From: Balanoglossus misakiensis
Taxonomy: Eukaryota; Animalia; Hemichordata
Length of the DNA: 64,000 bases
Direction: 5' to 3'
Assembly: GCA_040954595.2 (NCBI GenBank)
Contig: CM082594.2
Coordinates: 6,209,962-6,273,961 of the forward strand
The notes below the pieces were generated by a model. That model saw only the letters and a program-made list of their open reading frames with translations, made no database searches and was not told the origin of the DNA. This document shows, piece after piece, positions 1-13,077 of this stretch (positions within the stretch are counted from its first letter, which is position 1; each line of letters starts with the position of its first letter). A program made the position numbers and the translations under genes.

Positions 1-565
1 CTCGACCATTTCATGAATGTTCCGTTCGTAAAAAATAAATATCGTATGGCGGCCATGTGTCATAATGCAATTGTAGACAGCAAGAATGGGCCCTGTGAAT
101 TCTGACAAAAGTTATTCATTATACACTTGCCTTCCGCTCGGGCACTAATATACATGTAGTCAGATAATGCAATCATGCATGCAAGCTATACATCTCGTGA
201 TATTACTCTGGTTAGATCATGATTTATCATTGCATTGTCATAAAACTCAGCCCGATTGAGTTCATTAAATTTCAAACAGGCAATGGATAACATGGATAAC
301 ATTTACGTTTGACGTGGTGTCGTGATCAGAGTTTGCTAAGTATATAGGAGACTGAAAAGGACCCAACAGAGGATGACTCTTAAAGGCGCTTATTTTTTTC
401 ATAAAACACCTCAATATCTCCGTGTCACTATGAGTGACGCATGCATGGAAGTGACGTCATCTTATATCATCTTATGTTACTAATATATAGGACGAGAGCC
501 CCTCTCTGAAACCAAAAAAAGCATACTTTGTAGCCACTATTAATATATTGCAACTATATTTCTAG

Positions 566-3500
566 GCTGGAGTGATATTGGTTTCAATAATCCCTACGTC
601 ATAAGTCCTACCATAGATGCACTGGCCAGAGGCGGTATCATACTAAATCAATCGTATGTGACGCAGTCCTGTAGTCCGTAAGTACATTGTATTAGCATAC
701 ATTTTACTATCTGGGCACTAAGTTGTATGCATGATGAGATTTGTAAGGACGGACACGTCACATTTCGGTGCTGTTGTCATTTGTCACCGATTCAGAGCTA
801 CACACTATTTTTTATGATCATATGACAAATTTTAAACGTAACAATATATGGCGTTCACACATGGACCATTGAAACATTTCAGAAACGTCTCAGCCAAAAA
901 TCTGACTTTTTTATGTGTGAACGGTTTGAGTGGTTTCAGATTTGAGACGGCTTTGCCGACCAGACTTAAGCCGGTGTGAACGATTATCACGTCTCCGCAA
1001 CACGCTGTCTATGGAGTCGAGCGCCAATACGCTTTAGCTTTGTGCGTGTGGACACAAAGCGACTCAAAGGATTAATCCTCTGTGTTTACAATCGGCAAAT
1101 ATTGTCTCTAAATCAATCAATCAATCAACAAATAGTTTATATAGCGCCAAAATCCAAAACAAGAAATTTTGCCCAATGACGCTCATGGTTAAACCACACT
1201 GTAAAACGTTCTACCCTTACCCAGTGTAAACATAAATACAGATGCTACGTGCCATCATATCAATTGCCTTCTGTTATGTTCTGAATGAATAACTTTCCGT
1301 TATAGGTCCAGAGCAGGTTTGATGAGTGGATACTATTCCTACCGACTTGGGTTCCAGGTATTTGCCAACATTGATTGTTCAAAACTTCAGAGTCTTTGTT
1401 ATGTTTCAGACTGCTAGTGTCTTTTCTACTTTGTTATAAAAGTTGATACCAGGCGACCTGGGGCGGAATTGTCCTCAAACCCCTTTCCAATCTCTGTCAC
1501 ACATGATACATCCCTCTTAACGCCCGCTATATGCGCCCTGGCACCAAAGATGAGTTCCATCTGCTAAAACATCTGCACTAGTGGATATGGCCAATCACAA
1601 CATTTGTCCTTGTACTTCAGGCAGGCGGAGTGCAACCTCGGATGCCATATGGTTTGCAAATAAACCTTAAACTACTCCCGAGAAAACTTCAACAACTTGG
1701 TTACACAACTTATATGGTTGGAAAGTGAGTACTTGTCATGTATGTATGTATGTATGTATGTATGTATGTATGTATGTATGTATGTATGTATGTATGTATG
1801 TATGTATGCATGCATGCATGTATGTATGTATGTATGTATGTATGTATGTATGTATCTATCTATCTATCTATCTATGTATGTATCTATGTATCTATGTATC
1901 TATGTATGCAGTAACGTTCTTACCTCGTCCCTGTCATCCATGACGTAATTGAACGAGAGATCCTGACACCGGTCTCAAACTCTTTGCTTGTAAACTTCTT
2001 ATTCTGCATTGTTCGCTTCATAATAACTTATTTCGAATAATCTTAAAAAAGTAAGAATTGGGCCAGATTGGTACATTGTATATTGCAAGCAATGTCTTAG
2101 TGAAGAACTAAATTATTTTCATGTTACAATAGGTGGCATTTGGGCTTCTGCAAAAAGGAATATACTCCAAACATGCGTGGCTTTGACAAGTTCTATGGCT
2201 ACTATCTGGCGGGCGGAGATCACTACACTCACACCACATACAGTACGTATACTCGACATCATATTTTGAATTGGTACGTGATTTGATGAAAAGTACACGA
2301 GTGACATGATATGGAACGATACTGTCTATAAAATCCTAAGGAAATTCCTCATTGATACAGTTCATAGAAATAGATTGGAAAATTTCTACCAATGGATGCC
2401 TACATTAGTAACAATATTACCTTTCATGAACAGATGGTGGTTTCGACCTTCATGATCAGTTTGAGACGGCCCGGAGTCAAAATAGAACGTATTCATCTGT
2501 AAGTATAAAGAAAAAGATCATCACGAGAGTGTGTTTAAGGTAGCAACAATTTTGCGACATTTCTGGGCAAACATTACCAATGTGTAATGGGAGCTTAAAT
2601 GAATGACGTTTTAGCAAATAGTTTTCTATCTGGCCGGTGGTTTTAATATTTCACGATTAACATATTCACATTCCATCTTTTAGGTTCGTGCTCGATTGTT
2701 GATTTTTATCATCATCTCTTTGCTATATTCTCATTTTTTATTGTCACTGGTTTTGATCTCAAACTGCCAAGCATGCTCAGACACGCTATGCGTCAGCTCG
2801 TTCAGTAGCAGATTATGGTTGGATGGGTAGATGTGATTAACCACATTGCTGATATATACTGATACCATGCAACAATGCGTGTTACTACATTACAGCACTT
2901 GTTTTCTGACAAAGCTGTGAGTTTCATTGAAAACCACGACGAGTCCGAACCAATGTTTATGTACCTGGCCTATCAAAGCATTCATTCTCCACTTGAGGTA
3001 AGTGATCTGTGCACGTCCTCCTGCGTGCGGTCTCACTTGGTCACAAGTGGGATGAATTCATGACCACACGTGCTGCAATACATGGCGCCCATAAGTAATC
3101 GGATATGAGCGTTTAGCTAACTGAGGTACTGCGGCTTGCATTTGTACAATAATGCCAAAGTATTCAACCACAGTAACTCGCCTGATCTTACATGTATGCG
3201 ACAGCCGGGGTATTAAACATGTCTGTGCAGGACTGGAACTGTGCCTGCCATACTACATGTATAATACATTTCCATCAAAAGATGGCAATATTTTGAGCAG
3301 TATATACATATGATGGGTGTATAACCCCATTATGTAACAATCAACTCAATATGTATTACAAGCCGAATCTGTAATAATTTAATCCAATATATACAACAGT
3401 TATCATGGCTTCTGGGTAGTATTGACGTGTTTGGTGTCCCTGAGCAACAACACAGTTTTGCAGGTCTATAATTTGAATATTGCTCTCATTTTAGGTACCG

Positions 3501-5919
3501 AAAAAATATTTTGATATGTACCCACACGTTAAGAACGTCAATCGAAGAACTTTAATGGGTAAGTGTGTTTTCCTTCCCAAGCATCCAATATCGGATGATA
3601 AGATAACCACAAAACAATCCAAATTGCACTGTCGTTAAATACATGTTTGATTGAGGTCTTAATTCAATTTGTGAGGTAGATAAAAAAAATGTATCTTTCC
3701 TCTTAAAGGTATGGTTACTGCCATGGATGAAGGCGTTGGGAAAGTTGTCGATGCTTTGCAGAGGAGAGATCTTTGGAAGAATACTTTACTAATATTTTTG
3801 TCTGATGTAAGTTCCACTGTGTGTTCGGTGTACAAATCACCAATGGTAAATCTGAAACCTTGCTTTCGATATAAATTGGACTTCAGGAACCGGTGTAGTT
3901 TTTGACAATCACAATTAACTTTTCTCTGCCTTTCTATTCGTCCTCCACAATCGCCTAATCATCACCACCACCATCATCACTGTTCCTGCTGTACGGCTAA
4001 CCCTATTTCATTTGTAACAGAATGGAGCTCCACAAAATGCAAAATATGAAGGAAGTAACTGGCCTCTCCTGGGCACGAAACAGACGCTGTACGAAGGTGG
4101 CACCCGTGCAGTTAACTTTGTTTACAACAGCATGCTACAAAAAAGCAGCTATATATACAACGGGTTTGTGTTCTCATCTTTTCTTGTCTGAAGGATTAGA
4201 AATTATAGCTGGTAACACTGCAATACTAGCGGATGTGTGAAAGACATTCCAGCTTATTTGTTTTGTCGAAGTTGTTAGCTACTCAGGAATGCAGCCCACT
4301 ATATGATTCGTTATGGGGTAACAAATAAATTAGCATCACCGGAAAGATCAACCAGCTTTGGTTTTCTGTTGTCCTTAAAAAACAGAAATACATACTTTGC
4401 CAATAATATACCAGATACACATGTAACACTGTCCATGTGAACATCCCAAGAAATATGCATCTTGAGATTATGATGATAATGCACCTTTTGTTCTTTTCAT
4501 TTCATGCCAAAGAATGATGCATATAGTCGACTGGTATCCAACACTTGTGACAGCTGCAGGTGGTACAATAACAGGTAGACAAGTTCTATCGAAGTATAGT
4601 GGATCATTCAAATACACAAATGCATGCATACATGATACCCAGGCACGCATTCAAATATAAATCAAGAACAGGGAATGGGAATTCTCCTCGGAACAGCTTG
4701 TTTTGTTCCGAAGGAACCGACTAATACCATCTATCCTTACTCTCCTAGATCTGGAAATGGATGGTGTGGACATGTGGAGGGCCCTGTTGACGAATTCGCC
4801 ATCGCCGAGGAAAGAATTGGTGTATAACATAATAGACGATTGGAATTTGGCAGCCATTAGGTAAACCACCACTATTGCCACCTATGCCACTTGCATTGGC
4901 AGCCATTAGGTTAACCGCCACCGAACAATAAGTATATTTGGGATAAGAGAACCCACAGTTGTCTGATGACTGCAACAGCGTCAAATTCAGAGGCACATCT
5001 AATTTCCCCGGTAACCTACAGAAACTTTGATCTACATACAGCTCTGCAGAATTGCATCGAATATTCTTTCAACTAGCGAGGACATACACAAATGTACATA
5101 ATTGACTTGTTTTTATTGCATGTTGTTAGGTATGGCGATTTCAAGCTGATGCTTGGCCCAAGTACCCATAAACATGACTGTAAGTGCTATCGACATAAAC
5201 AAACGTTCATAGTTACTGGGAAATATAATGTGGCCAGACGATTTACTTCTCTATCATACAGATGGAGCAGGACATTTTTGACTTCTCCTTAAGATAGTAC
5301 TCATGCGTCATACTTTACCATAACAAGTAAATTGCTTACCATATACTACAGACCTTCGACTTTTGCCTTTCATGAATCATGAATCATGAACATAAAACGT
5401 TTTTTAATTGTAATAATTTTTCATCTTTTAGTATGCTGGGTTCCGCCGCCTGAAGCGGAGGGGGAATTTGGCAGCAAGATTTGTATGGAACAAAAGTCAG
5501 ATGTGCAACTGTTCAATTTAAAAGGTATCCACTGATAATGAATTCAACGATTATTTTGCTCTTTTTCGTTTTGCGTTTTTAAGTAGTGTAATGCGTTTTT
5601 AACTTAAATACTTGTCGAGATATTTAAATTGGTTCATATAGCTCTGTCATTATATCAACCATGTAAATATCCGTATAAGATTACGTCATGATTATTACAT
5701 GCATACCTAATTTAGATATACACTCTGTACTTTCTCATATCAGACGACCCACTGGAACAAATCAACCTTGCTGATGAAATGCCCGAAAAGGTTGGAGAAT
5801 TGAAGGCAAGACTAGAGGAACGCAGGAAACAAGTTGTACCGGCCTTTAACAAGTCCCACTTGTTGCAGGAGGCAGATCCAATGAACTTTGGGGGTGTATG
5901 GTCATCTGGGTGGTGTTAA
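566..5919 (+). CDS. ARSB: Arylsulfatase B/I/J-like sulfatase, 5'-partial (14 exons in window; the signal-peptide exon is presumably upstream of base 1)
   Basis: GT-AG exons join in frame: 566-677, 1306-1357, 1621-1724, 2133-2242, 2434-2498, 2896-2997, 3495-3558, 3709-3806, 4021-4163, 4513-4574, 4749-4860, 5130-5179, 5432-5524, 5744-5919. The translation has GWSDIGF, the formylglycine motif CSPSR (split by intron 1), GKWHLG, RGFDKFYGY, HSPLEVP, MDEGVG, SDNG, KQTLYEGGTR, DWYPTL, LFNLKDDPLEQINLA and the ARSB-type end ADPMNFGGVWSSGWC*. Orthology among ARSB/I/J is not resolved. AATAAA near 6305. Confidence 0.95.
852..982. repeat. Short inverted repeats, possible non-autonomous DNA transposon remnant in arylsulfatase intron
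   Basis: CGTTCACACAT (852-862) is the reverse complement of ATGTGTGAACG (913-923); a further GTGTGAACG lies at 974-982. No target-site duplication identified. Confidence 0.3.
1738..1908. repeat. (TGTA)n/(TCTA)n microsatellite
   Basis: Directly visible tetranucleotide repeat; source of the spurious MYVC ORFs. Confidence 0.98.
1911..2070 (-). pseudogene. Decayed duplicate of guanylyl cyclase exon 3 plus flanking intron, inside an arylsulfatase intron
   Basis: 1924-2042 aligns without gaps to 55126-55244 (12 mismatches in 119 nt by hand count), and intronic flanks are shared. The copy has two in-frame stops (TAT>TAA, CGA>TGA) and the acceptor AG has become AA. Confidence 0.93.
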
Positions 5920-6858
5920 AAGAGAAAATGCTCCTTTATCAAAGTTTCTTCTTCCGATGAAGTATATTTTAGTGTTTGTTTATATAACTGTTACAATTAA
6001 AAACGATATGGATTCGCAACACAATGCTGTCTATTATTTAGCTTGGTTGTTTGAGCTGGTGTGGAACTGTGAAAATGACCACTACGAGCAGATGACAATA
6101 CATAAACACTTTACGAAATTAAGTGACAAGAAAACAGAGCTAAGCTAGATTCTACAACTTCCCTCAGATATAAACACCATTTGGACAATTCTAGAAAAGT
6201 GTCCAACGATCCTGCCGTGTTGTGGTGTGTCACCTTCGCAATGTTTTGTCCGCGTTGCAGTTTATTGTCTGCCCGTCCTATTCATTACTCCACACTATAT
6301 AAAAAATAAACACCGATGCGTGCTATACAGTCCAACGCTGTTATAAACTGACGGTGTTGCCGTTATTGTTCCTCTGTGTTTACGTGCAACTCGCTTCCTT
6401 TATCTCTTTGTAATGGTAGAGCTGCTTCCAACAAAGGGGAAGAGTACGTCTGTGAAAGCACGCCCGTCCAACCTGGGTTCACATATGACATTACGACTAC
6501 TGTCATAGCGAGAGCGTTGCGGCTGTGCATCTTATTGACTACACTCCCTCGGTATGGGCACATGGGAAACTAAACCTCAGCTTTTAACAACTACGTTAAT
6601 TTTAACAAACTTGAAGTATGCATGTACCTTCTCTATTCTATTGCTTAACTGGCTTCAATGTTCACGTCTGTATTTGTTCTCTTTGACTGTGATTTGCATC
6701 CACACGCTGATCACCAGTGGCTGTTCTGTGATCAAAGCGGTGGGGGTGTGTAACGTCACCAAGACCACCACACTCACAAGACGCTGGTATTCGCGAAAAA
6801 GAAGCCTGCAAAGAGGGCAAGGGCATTTTTTCTCGTATCTGGATATAATTTGTTCAAA

Positions 6859-9800
6859 ATGGCGATAATTGTTCGGTGTTGCTGCTGTAACATTCGAAGT
6901 GGTGCTATCATTACGGCCATATTCACAATGGTAAGTTCTCCAATCACACTACATTCTCAGATTATGGTTCGGTGGACGGTGCCGCCATTTTCCTTTAACC
7001 GGGACATCTTCTGTGTCATTCGTTATTAGTGATCGGCGCTCTTGACGCAAATGTTATGATTATTTACATTCAATGAAAACCACCCTAGGATTCCTGCGTC
7101 ACAACCAAATATGCAATACTGATTGCTTTTCTTGAAGGTTGAATACAGTTCTGCGCAAATGGCTGCAACAGGCATGCTTTAACGTGCAATATCGAGTTGA
7201 AAGCCAATATCATTATCCTGTAAATATCGATAAAATATTATTTGGCACTTTTTTCCAAGTGACTCCACACCTCCGGAGAATAGGAACATCGAAGACCGCG
7301 CATCAGTCTACATACATGTACATATAGTTGTCATCTGAGCTATATCAAACATTTCTGTAACACCAGTAAAGTCATCGCCATATTAGTGACCAATTAATTT
7401 TTTTGGTTTACGAAGAATGGACTGTTCATGGTTGGGTAAATTCGGTTATTCAACCCATGCTACAAGATTTATTATCATGTATACGAATAACACAGGCTAC
7501 TTTCTATCTCACAACCTTCGCACTTTTATAATGGACAGACGTTAGTCGTCATCAGTTACGCATTTGTGTGATCGTTAAATGTGTTTGAAGATTACAAAAG
7601 ATCATGGCAGTGCGAGTTGTAGAGATGAGACTCCACCCTGTCTTTAAATGGCCCCAACAAAAGAGTAGGGTGCGCTTTTGTGTTGAGTCTCTCGGACTGT
7701 GCTGATAAATGTTTATAGAGGCCGACCACGCCATTCATTTGAGGACAGTGATTTTATTTGTTGTCGGAGATTGTTTTTGTCCCGCTTCTTCTCGTTAGAT
7801 TACCGTTCATGCGATCATCATCAACACTTGCGCAGAAACGTCAACATCTGATCGGAAGGAAAGTTTCCGTTTCAAGTTCATGATTTAACGTCAGCTGATA
7901 ATTTTTCAATCATTAAAAAAACATTTGGCCTTATCCTACTATTGAACTTGAAACAGACCAGGTTATGGTGACCTTGGGGGAAGAGAAGTTCACGTAACTT
8001 CCCACTGCTTATTCTGAATGGCAATTAGCCATGTCCTATTATTTGGCTGACGAATTGTGGATGATAAATAATTATTTAAATTAATAGGAATAATTGTGAA
8101 ATTATACATGCAGTAATAATTATACACATTCGTCTGTTTTAATTCCAGATCATAGCACTGCTCAATATTGGACTGTACCTCTATTTTACCATACAGTACA
8201 AGAGCATAGACGACGGTAAGGCAATACTATCCTAGTGACCAAATGTACGCCAGGCACAATATCTTACCGACGCTCGCTATGGGATACTTCCAAACTACAC
8301 TATGAATGTCTGTATACTTCTCAAGATAGCATTCTCATTGTTGCGCTGTCGACTGCCTCGTATACGCGTTCATTTGAAATTATTGAAGCTTAAATTTTAC
8401 TTTAACTGTACAATGTTTGAAAGTGAAGGACGCGTAATTTGGTATATAGGGCTCAAGTTCAAGACAACACAATGTGTGACATCCACACTGAATGGAGTTC
8501 AGGACACAAGCCGATGATTTGGGGTTGGTGGGGTTCATTGTGTCGAGGGCGTTGGCATTGACCCGCTGTGCTTGAGTTCGATTGTCTGTCGCCGCACAAA
8601 AGGTGTGGCATTGTGCCACGGATCCACGGAGCGACCAAGCACATCTCAAGTACAAAGAACCGCTTAGGGGGAAGGTTGACTCCATATAGCGGCAAATTAG
8701 TAACACAATCTTAACCAGCAGTCCACCGCAGTGGGATGAAACGTTCCGTGTCAAATTTGCCTGTGCTGAAATATGGGCGATGGCATGTAAAATTATTGAC
8801 TATACGCCCTCACACTTCAAACATGAGCTAGGGCTTTTGTTTTTCCACTGACCCGTGGGTTTATTAGCTACAGGGTCTATGTTTATAAACAAATGCCATG
8901 ATTTCAATTATTCAAATACTACACACATCCGATCCACTGTGAAGCCCTTGAAAATGGTTACTCTGTTTTAGCATGTTTAGAGAATAGAGAAAACATGCTT
9001 TTCCGTGGCTAAAATTCCTGATTAATCATAAACCGAAAAAAGACAGACTAAAAAACATCTGGATACACATTCATAGATTCCATGAAGTAAAAATGTCCTT
9101 ATACTACAAATTTTATGGACGGGTTATCAAAGCTCTTGACTTTTTTATTTTAATTGCATTTCAGGTTACCTGAGAGTACCTTTCACTGTTTATCCTACAA
9201 TGGTCGCAGCCAGCGCAGTGCTGTTTCTGTTATCACTGGTTCTATTAGTAGGCCTCACAAAGGTAAAAATGTCAAAGTTCATTTTTTCAAACTACTTATT
9301 AAATTCTTTGAGACAAATACATCAAAATCTACAATATATATGCCATCGCCCATATGTCCCATCACATGAATTGTTTTTTCTATAGGATGAACACAGAGCA
9401 CTGATGCCATGGATTTTGTACTACATCCTGTACTTGCTGTTCGAAGGAGCAACTGTCTTTATTCTCATATTTTTCTATGTGAGTTTCTATCTTGATTTTT
9501 TGCCCTCAACATTAGCAATTTGTTTTAAATGAATTGTTCGATTCTCACGGCAATTATATGTACCATCAATGACCTAAGTCTTTTAAGTGAGTGATTATTT
9601 CAATACAAAACAATGACATTAGTCTCTTGCAGCTATTAACTAGATTTATTTCCTTTCCAGGACGCGACTGCTCTCAACATATTTGCTTTGGCGTGGTTTG
9701 TATCAAGAGCAGTTCTAGGGGTAAGCAATAATTAATTACTGTGATTAGAGTCCCCAGAGGCTGTGAATTATTGCCATATACACTCGACAACAGAAAACCC

Positions 9801-10095
9801 TATAACGACTACAAGAACCAGAAGTAAAAGCCAGTGAGCCAGTGCCACAAGTCAACGGAAACTTCCACGTACTTGGAAACGGGTATATTTTTCCAACTAC
9901 AATCTTGACTTCACTGACAGAGATTCGTCTCTTATGTTTACCTCCAAATCAGCTTTACTCAATCATTTGCGTTGTTTCGCAATACCAAGAGCTCGGAGCT
10001 GGAAGAGGGAAAAGTTTCGACTACCAGGCAGTAAGTCAACTAAATTCATCAATTACCATTTTTTTTTCAAACTTTTGTACTACTGCTGCTTAGCT

Positions 10096-10166
<71 letters not shown>

Positions 10167-10472
10167 CTTTGCTTTTAACAGGAGCACGATGACACAGAAC
10201 GACCACAGTCTGATGAGCGACGGGAAAGCACCAAGATCGTGGTCACCGGCCCCAACTCTTACAATCACTCCGGCGGCTACTACGTGTACGACGGAAACAC
10301 CGGTCGCAACTACTCGTCCAGGTCCACGCTGCCGCAAACCGAGGACATCGAGCTGGAGGAACGCACCACGCAACGAACGTCACGACGCCCTCGCTCGCCC
10401 AAGATCGTTCCCCGCGAAGTGCAGACGCCGAACACGTACAGCAATCGGTACTTTGAGGACGACGTGTTCTAG
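6859..10472 (+). CDS. Four-transmembrane protein, array paralogue 1 (~252 aa; TMEM217/Pasiflora/LAPTM4-DUF4728-like)
   Basis: Exons 6859-6930 (MAIIVRCCCCNIRSGAIITAIFTM), 8149-8215, 9165-9262, 9386-9478 (DEHRALMPWILYYILYLLFEG...), 9661-9720 (..AWFVSRAVLG), 9953-10030 (LYSIICVVSQYQELGAGRG..), 10182-10472 (..TYSNRYFEDDVF*). All GT-AG and in frame, with four hydrophobic segments. Family name is from recall, not a search. Confidence 0.88.
10095..10166. repeat. (TTTA)n microsatellite
   Basis: Visible repeat in intron 6 of paralogue 1, just upstream of the acceptor. Confidence 0.97.
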
Positions 10473-13077
10473 AAGCGCGATCAAGTGAAGTTATGAAAAT
10501 ATACCTTAGGATAGAAACGGCTACTGGAAATGGTGGCCTAAGACTTGATAGGGGTTCTGACTTAAGGCAACAACAAAAGACAATGGTCACTTTTCATTCT
10601 GCTCATGCTTTTAACTTTTTTTTCATGACTGGAAACTCTAGATAGGGCACCAAAGTGGTCATATTGGCTTTAAATTATTACGATGTAGATGTTTATTTTG
10701 CGCGATGAGAGAAAACGAGTCTGATAATGTTAAAAACAGGCAGACCGACAGACAGAGAAATACTAGTATATGTAGAGAACTGATCAACATTGTAAGCAGT
10801 GTATTAAAGGAAAATATCATAATTTATATTATGTACAATAAGACACGTTTTGGAAGAATTTTACCCGAAAAAAGTTACGTATGCATTTACAACCTTTCAT
10901 TCACAAAGTGTAGGCTTATATATAAATGTATTACTTGCGACAGTTCACAGTTAGTGAAATCATTAAATCAGTCATATTAAACCAGTTTCCATGTTATTAT
11001 TCCATTTTAAAGTAAACCCACGGATACCAATTGCACAATATGGGGGGTTGAACATAATTAGGTAGCTATCCGTTATTATGGGAGGGGTGGGCCCCACCAG
11101 GTCATGGGATAGTTCTCGCCCTGCATTTAAAATCACACAGGTCTTAATGCAAATATGCATATTTTACAAGTTTTATCAGCAACCACACCGATATACATAT
11201 TCTAAGTTATCCCAATTCATTATTGACATGTCTAAGACAGTTTAGTGATATATTATCAATACGAAAAAAATTGGCTAAGATTCTAGTCAATAGGGACCAC
11301 CTGGAAAACATGATCTCAGAACATCGACACGATTATTTACATACACAAAACACGTGTCGTGTTGACTACAATAATATGTGGGAAAAAACTGCAACGTACC
11401 TGGTTACCCAGTTTCATATCCCTGTTGAGGTGTACTGGCGAAGGCTTTTCCTTGTTATTTCCTGGAAGATGTCAAACAGAAACACACCGGTCAAATTCTC
11501 GTTCGGTATCACCATTCCCTGCCAAAAATTCTTACAGCACAAAATCTGTACACGCGCGCTGGTCATGCTCCACCATGGGTTTCCTGCTCTACCGACGAAG
11601 AAACGTGTATTCCCCTTTTTCCACGGCAGTAATACGTACACATGTAACCACACAACATCCCTCCGGTAGCTTCCATTACACCGTGTTCCTATTTGACACT
11701 CTGCACGGGGAAACAAGCGTTCTCGGCCGCCCGAAACATAAAATATCCGAGAGGGTCGGGCCATGGCCACGCGCCTTTGCTCTTCACTAAGAAAGCCTAG
11801 AGGGCCTGAGGAAATATTATGAATGGTGTCTCCAAACCACCTGTTGCTTTCCAATCAAAGCGACAGCCTATGATAGGCAATCTGGAAAATTAGCCTACTT
11901 CTACAGAACACAACTGCCCTTGCCAGAGACAATATGACAAAGAAGGGGGAAGCAATTGACCAATCAGACAAAAGTTTTCTTCTACACAGATGATGAGTAA
12001 GTTTGATCATGATGTTACTGACGACAAACCACTAATTGTAGAAAAATGGAATTAATTTACTGGCAAACAAGTAACTTCAACTTTGCTTAGAGTAAGCAAA
12101 CTGTGTAGTAATACAAGCATGTCACGATATATGTAAAGGTAACACGCCTGTTTCGTATTTTCTCCAATCGAATGGATACTAGTATTTGCGGTATATTTTT
12201 GTCCTTTTTATATGCTGTTCATGCACACAGGACGTTGACACATTAAAGAATTCGCGACCGACATATCAACCTAACAAATATAGCGTTGTTTTTATATATC
12301 CAGTGTATGTATATACATGTTCAGGGTTGTTTATGAACCCAGAAATCGTTCGGATCCAATTTTGCACATGTTCTGATTATTTATAAATAGTGTGTCTGTG
12401 TCTGGCACATTCCACTATTCGAGAGGGAAACTAATAAAGTCAGAAATCAAGTCCAGGGATCAATAGTTTACGTTTTTGACCACTTTTTTCAGTTCATGGT
12501 TCAACTGACATATTGTTTAGTTTGTTGTTTCATGAACTGTTAACTGTTTTATACCGTTTCCTAGTTAATTAGTAGGTTCTGCGGCGTGAACCCGGCGTGT
12601 ATTGTGATAATTTGCAATGATATTACATCTTGATGGAACAGCCTTGCGCTGTTACATCATGATTGTTTCGCCCCCTGTATAGGTGTGCACAGTGAGAATT
12701 GGTTCCCAGCACCCAGACCAAAACATCTGTTTTGATCTGTTCAACGCCTGGAACCAATCGTAAAGCGTCACTGTTCGTCTGCGCAGGAGGATAAAGCGTT
12801 GCGGACTCAACTCTATAGTTGGCGCTGAGAACAAAAGACGCCCGGCCACTTCACCTCTGCAGCCAACACCGCTGGCACTGGGCCATCATGACCTTTGTGT
12901 GCTTACACCCTGTACCTGTTGGGATGACAAAACAAGCGTATTGTTTCCTTTCATCGCCGATGGTAAAATGAAGATCGGTGCATCACGATAGATCGTTGGT
13001 ACAGTACTGAGATTTTTGCCCGTACACGAACACTTATACAGTCACACACACACGAAAAATTACACACACTCACTGCA

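Noticed and set aside
452-459. CRE-like TGACGTCA palindromes (also near 14582, 18410, 36197, 46995)
   Set aside because: Scattered through introns and exons with no promoter context.
1697-1948. MYVC/HTYI/IYLS/STVQY/FIYL repeat ORFs (also at 9934, 19108, 23933-24321, 46615-46912)
   Set aside because: They are translations of microsatellites.
8302-8754. ORFs in intron 2 of paralogue 1
   Set aside because: No recognisable homology and no supporting splice structure.
11223-11854. Three overlapping 143-148 aa ORFs, and a possible small minus-strand exon near 11400-11461
   Set aside because: No recognisable domain, no coherent exon chain and no coding-like composition; possibly a repeat or lncRNA.
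12652-12849. Minus-strand ORF with PH-domain-like words (LLFSAPT ... DWFQALNRS)
   Set aside because: The spacing does not fit a PH C-terminal helix and there are no partner exons; likely chance.
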